A stretch of DNA of 28,474 nucleotides from a virus (Duplodnaviria > Caudoviricetes): IMG/VR virus record IMGVR_UViG_3300020044_005107, positions 1 to 28,474 of that record. One strand, given 5' to 3'. This document shows positions 26,502 to 28,474 of the stretch, piece after piece. Each line of letters starts with the position of its first letter. The first letter of the stretch is position 1. The translations under genes were made by a program, and so were the position numbers. The notes below the pieces were generated by a model. The model was not told the origin of the DNA, searched no databases, and saw only the letters and a program-made list of their open reading frames with translations.

Positions 26502-28391
26502 GTGACCACTAGTAAAGACAATGACATGGGGCGCCTAGCGCCCCATGTTGTGTCTACCATCAAAGAGTTACATGAAATCATCGCAGTTATCCAAAACGTT
26601 GGGGCTTTTGCGTTTGACATTGAGTCCCGTGGAATCCTTTCTCGTCATCCCGACCTTCTTGAACACATTGAAAAGGAATGGAAAGCGCACGTTGCAAAAC
26701 TCAAGAACCCATCTCCCGACATCACTCGTAAAGCACGGGAGAAAATAGAATCCGATTACCGCAAGATGCTTGCGCTTGATCCTTTGCGCAATGAAGTGTT
26801 TTGGATTGGTATTGCTACAAAAGGTCACTCATGGGCTATTCCAATGGGTCATAGTCGTGGCGTAATAGTTACGCCCGAAGAAATAGGTGACGGTACCACC
26901 GTTCCACCTGAGGGTTACCGCAAAGTGCTTAAAAATGGTCAAGAGTCAACTGCTAAGGCTAAGTACCACGTGCCAGCCGAGTACTCACCAGCACCAGAAC
27001 AACTATCTCGTTCGGTCGTATTTGAAACATTGAAGCCTTTATTTTTTAGTGATCTTATTAAAGTTGGTCATAACGTAAAGTTTGACGCTCGTTCAATTAG
27101 TAAGTACTACGAAGACATTCCGTCCGCACCCTTTAGAGACACCATGCTCTTACAGCATGCTTTAGACGAAAACATGATGTCGTACTCGTTAGAAAGTTTG
27201 ATTCAACACAACTATGGAAAACATGACGCCTACTTCCGAGAAGGTAAGTTGGGTAAGATCATTGATGAAGTACCTTTTGATGTAGCGGCTCGCTATGTAC
27301 ACCTTGATGCTCGTTGGACATGGATGCTCTACGAGCGCTTGTGGAATGCGATTAAGCATCAGGATGATCTAACCCGAGTAGTTATTCAAGACTCTGAGGT
27401 GCTCCGTGTTCTCATGCAGATGGAGAACGAAGGTATCCCAGTAGATCACCTTCAATTAAAGATTCTTGGCAAAGAACTGGACGGCAAGATGCGAGACATC
27501 TTGTTGGAGTTATCTAAGTACGCACCTGTTGGGTTTAACCCTGACTCCACAAAGCACAAGCAAGCGTTCTTGTTTAACAAGAAGCGTGAAGGTGGCTTAG
27601 GGTTAAAACCATTTAAAGAAACAAAAGGTGGCGCTCCATCAGTAGACGAGGAGTCATTGAAGCGCTTGGAGTCAAAGCATCCAGCATTAACATTGCTCTT
27701 GCAGTGGTCTGAAACTCAGAAACTTAAATCAACTTATGTTGATGGGTTACTACCTAAATTGTCTAAAGGTCGGTTGCACCCGTCATATAACTTGCACCGA
27801 ACTGCTACAGGTCGCTTGTCTGCATCTAACCCAAACCTACAGAACATTCCTCGTGAGTCCAGTATCCGTAGTCTCTTTATTGCTCCCGAGGGGTACACCC
27901 TGATGGTGGCTGACTATGACCAAATTGAACTCCGAGTTATGGCAATGTTCTCCAAAGACCCTGAGTTGATCCACATCTTTAACAATGACATTGACATTCA
28001 CGCAGGTGCCGCCGCTTTGCTCTTTGGTAAAGACGTGTCAGAGGTAACCAGTGAAGAGCGTCAGATTGGTAAAGGCGTGAACTTCCTTACTGCCTACGGC
28101 GGTGGTTATATGAAACTGGCTCGCACTACAGGGATCCCTGAAGAGCGTGCCAAATACATGATTAACCGCTACTACGAGCAGTTTGCGGGACTGACCCAGT
28201 GGAAGCGCCATGTCATCTCTCAAGCCCGTGCCAAAGGCTATGTAAAGACCCTGACAGGGCGTAGGCGCCGTTTGCCCGATATTAAGTCTACAGACGATGT
28301 GAAGCGCTCCAGAGCCGAGAGGCAGGCTATTCACGCCGTAGTTCAGGGCAGTGCGGCTTGTGAAAACTTACCGTTCCAACCACACGCATAA
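26502..28391 (+). CDS. polA: Family A DNA polymerase (3'-5' exonuclease + polymerase), C terminus truncated after QGSAA
   Basis: ExoI FDIES, ExoII GHNVKFD, ExoIII YVHLD, TATGRLSASNPNLQNIP, motif A DYDQIELR and motif B RQIGKGVNFLTAYG. Motif C (VHDE) is absent. Start may be ATG 26526. Confidence 0.93.
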   Translation: MTTSKDNDMGRLAPHVVSTIKELHEIIAVIQNVGAFAFDIESRGILSRHPDLLEHIEKEWKAHVAKLKNPSPDITRKAREKIESDYRKMLALDPLRNEVFWIGIATKGHSWAIPMGHSRGVIVTPEEIGDGTTVPPEGYRKVLKNGQESTAKAKYHVPAEYSPAPEQLSRSVVFETLKPLFFSDLIKVGHNVKFDARSISKYYEDIPSAPFRDTMLLQHALDENMMSYSLESLIQHNYGKHDAYFREGKLGKIIDEVPFDVAARYVHLDARWTWMLYERLWNAIKHQDDLTRVVIQDSEVLRVLMQMENEGIPVDHLQLKILGKELDGKMRDILLELSKYAPVGFNPDSTKHKQAFLFNKKREGGLGLKPFKETKGGAPSVDEESLKRLESKHPALTLLLQWSETQKLKSTYVDGLLPKLSKGRLHPSYNLHRTATGRLSASNPNLQNIPRESSIRSLFIAPEGYTLMVADYDQIELRVMAMFSKDPELIHIFNNDIDIHAGAAALLFGKDVSEVTSEERQIGKGVNFLTAYGGGYMKLARTTGIPEERAKYMINRYYEQFAGLTQWKRHVISQARAKGYVKTLTGRRRRLPDIKSTDDVKRSRAERQAIHAVVQGSAACENLPFQPHA

Positions 28392-28474
28392 CAACGTGGG
28401 GCTGGCTGTGCTCCATTGATCATACTGTTTGCACCTCGTCCAGTACGGCTAAATACATAAATACTTCCGCATTC
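28343..28474 (-). CDS. Fragment of a zinc-ribbon protein entering from the window end (ECGSIYVFSR...PAPRCYACGWNGKFSQAALP)
   Basis: An open - strand frame runs from 28474 to TGA at 28345-28343, with xCG and CxxCG knuckles. It overlaps the point where polymerase similarity is lost. Confidence 0.6.
   Translation of the reverse strand, partial: ECGSIYVFSRTGRGANSMINGAQPAPRCYACGWNGKFSQAALP

Noticed and set aside
151-28334. Numerous 60-126 aa alternative-frame and antisense ORFs in the track (e.g. 151..492, 5283..5624, 17155..17505, 17347..17727, 18497..18748, 28038..28334)
   Set aside because: They overlap better-supported genes and lack RBS, translational coupling or recognisable motifs, so I treat them as shadow ORFs.
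28359-28391. Intein or group I intron in polA (Cys directly after QGSAA)
   Set aside because: CENLPFQPHA-stop does not resemble an intein block A, and the sequence is better explained as - strand coding. Too little sequence remains to support an intron.

Overview
This window is a fragment of a tailed dsDNA phage genome with a contractile tail (myovirus). An actinobacterial host is inferred from an Rpf-like domain, leaderless TAAACT-N6-ATG starts and an actinobacterial-type anti-SD sequence. Bases 1-17461 carry a + strand virion operon in eCIS-like order: neck/adaptor, tail terminator, sheath, tube, chaperone pair, tape measure (with M15 peptidase and Rpf-like domains), tube initiator, LysM protein, hub, spike, gp25, baseplate J, a gpI/fiber protein with duplicated carbohydrate-binding modules, and a holin-like gene. 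Two small basic genes lie on the - strand at 18308-18741. The divergent spacer 18742-18936 holds a clear - strand sigma70-type promoter that would transcribe a compact ~90-nt structured RNA. That RNA exposes a 16S anti-Shine-Dalgarno mimic and a 9-nt complement of the replication initiator's RBS, and it is the most unusual element I found. Bases 18937-28391 form a replication operon: HTH initiator with internal palindromic iterons, DnaC-like loader, DnaB helicase, primase, SNF2 helicase, MerR-like HTH protein, gp32-like SSB and family A DNA polymerase. The polymerase breaks off before motif C at a junction with an inverted gene fragment, probably a chimera at the contig end. All product calls come from motif recognition by eye; no database searches were run.
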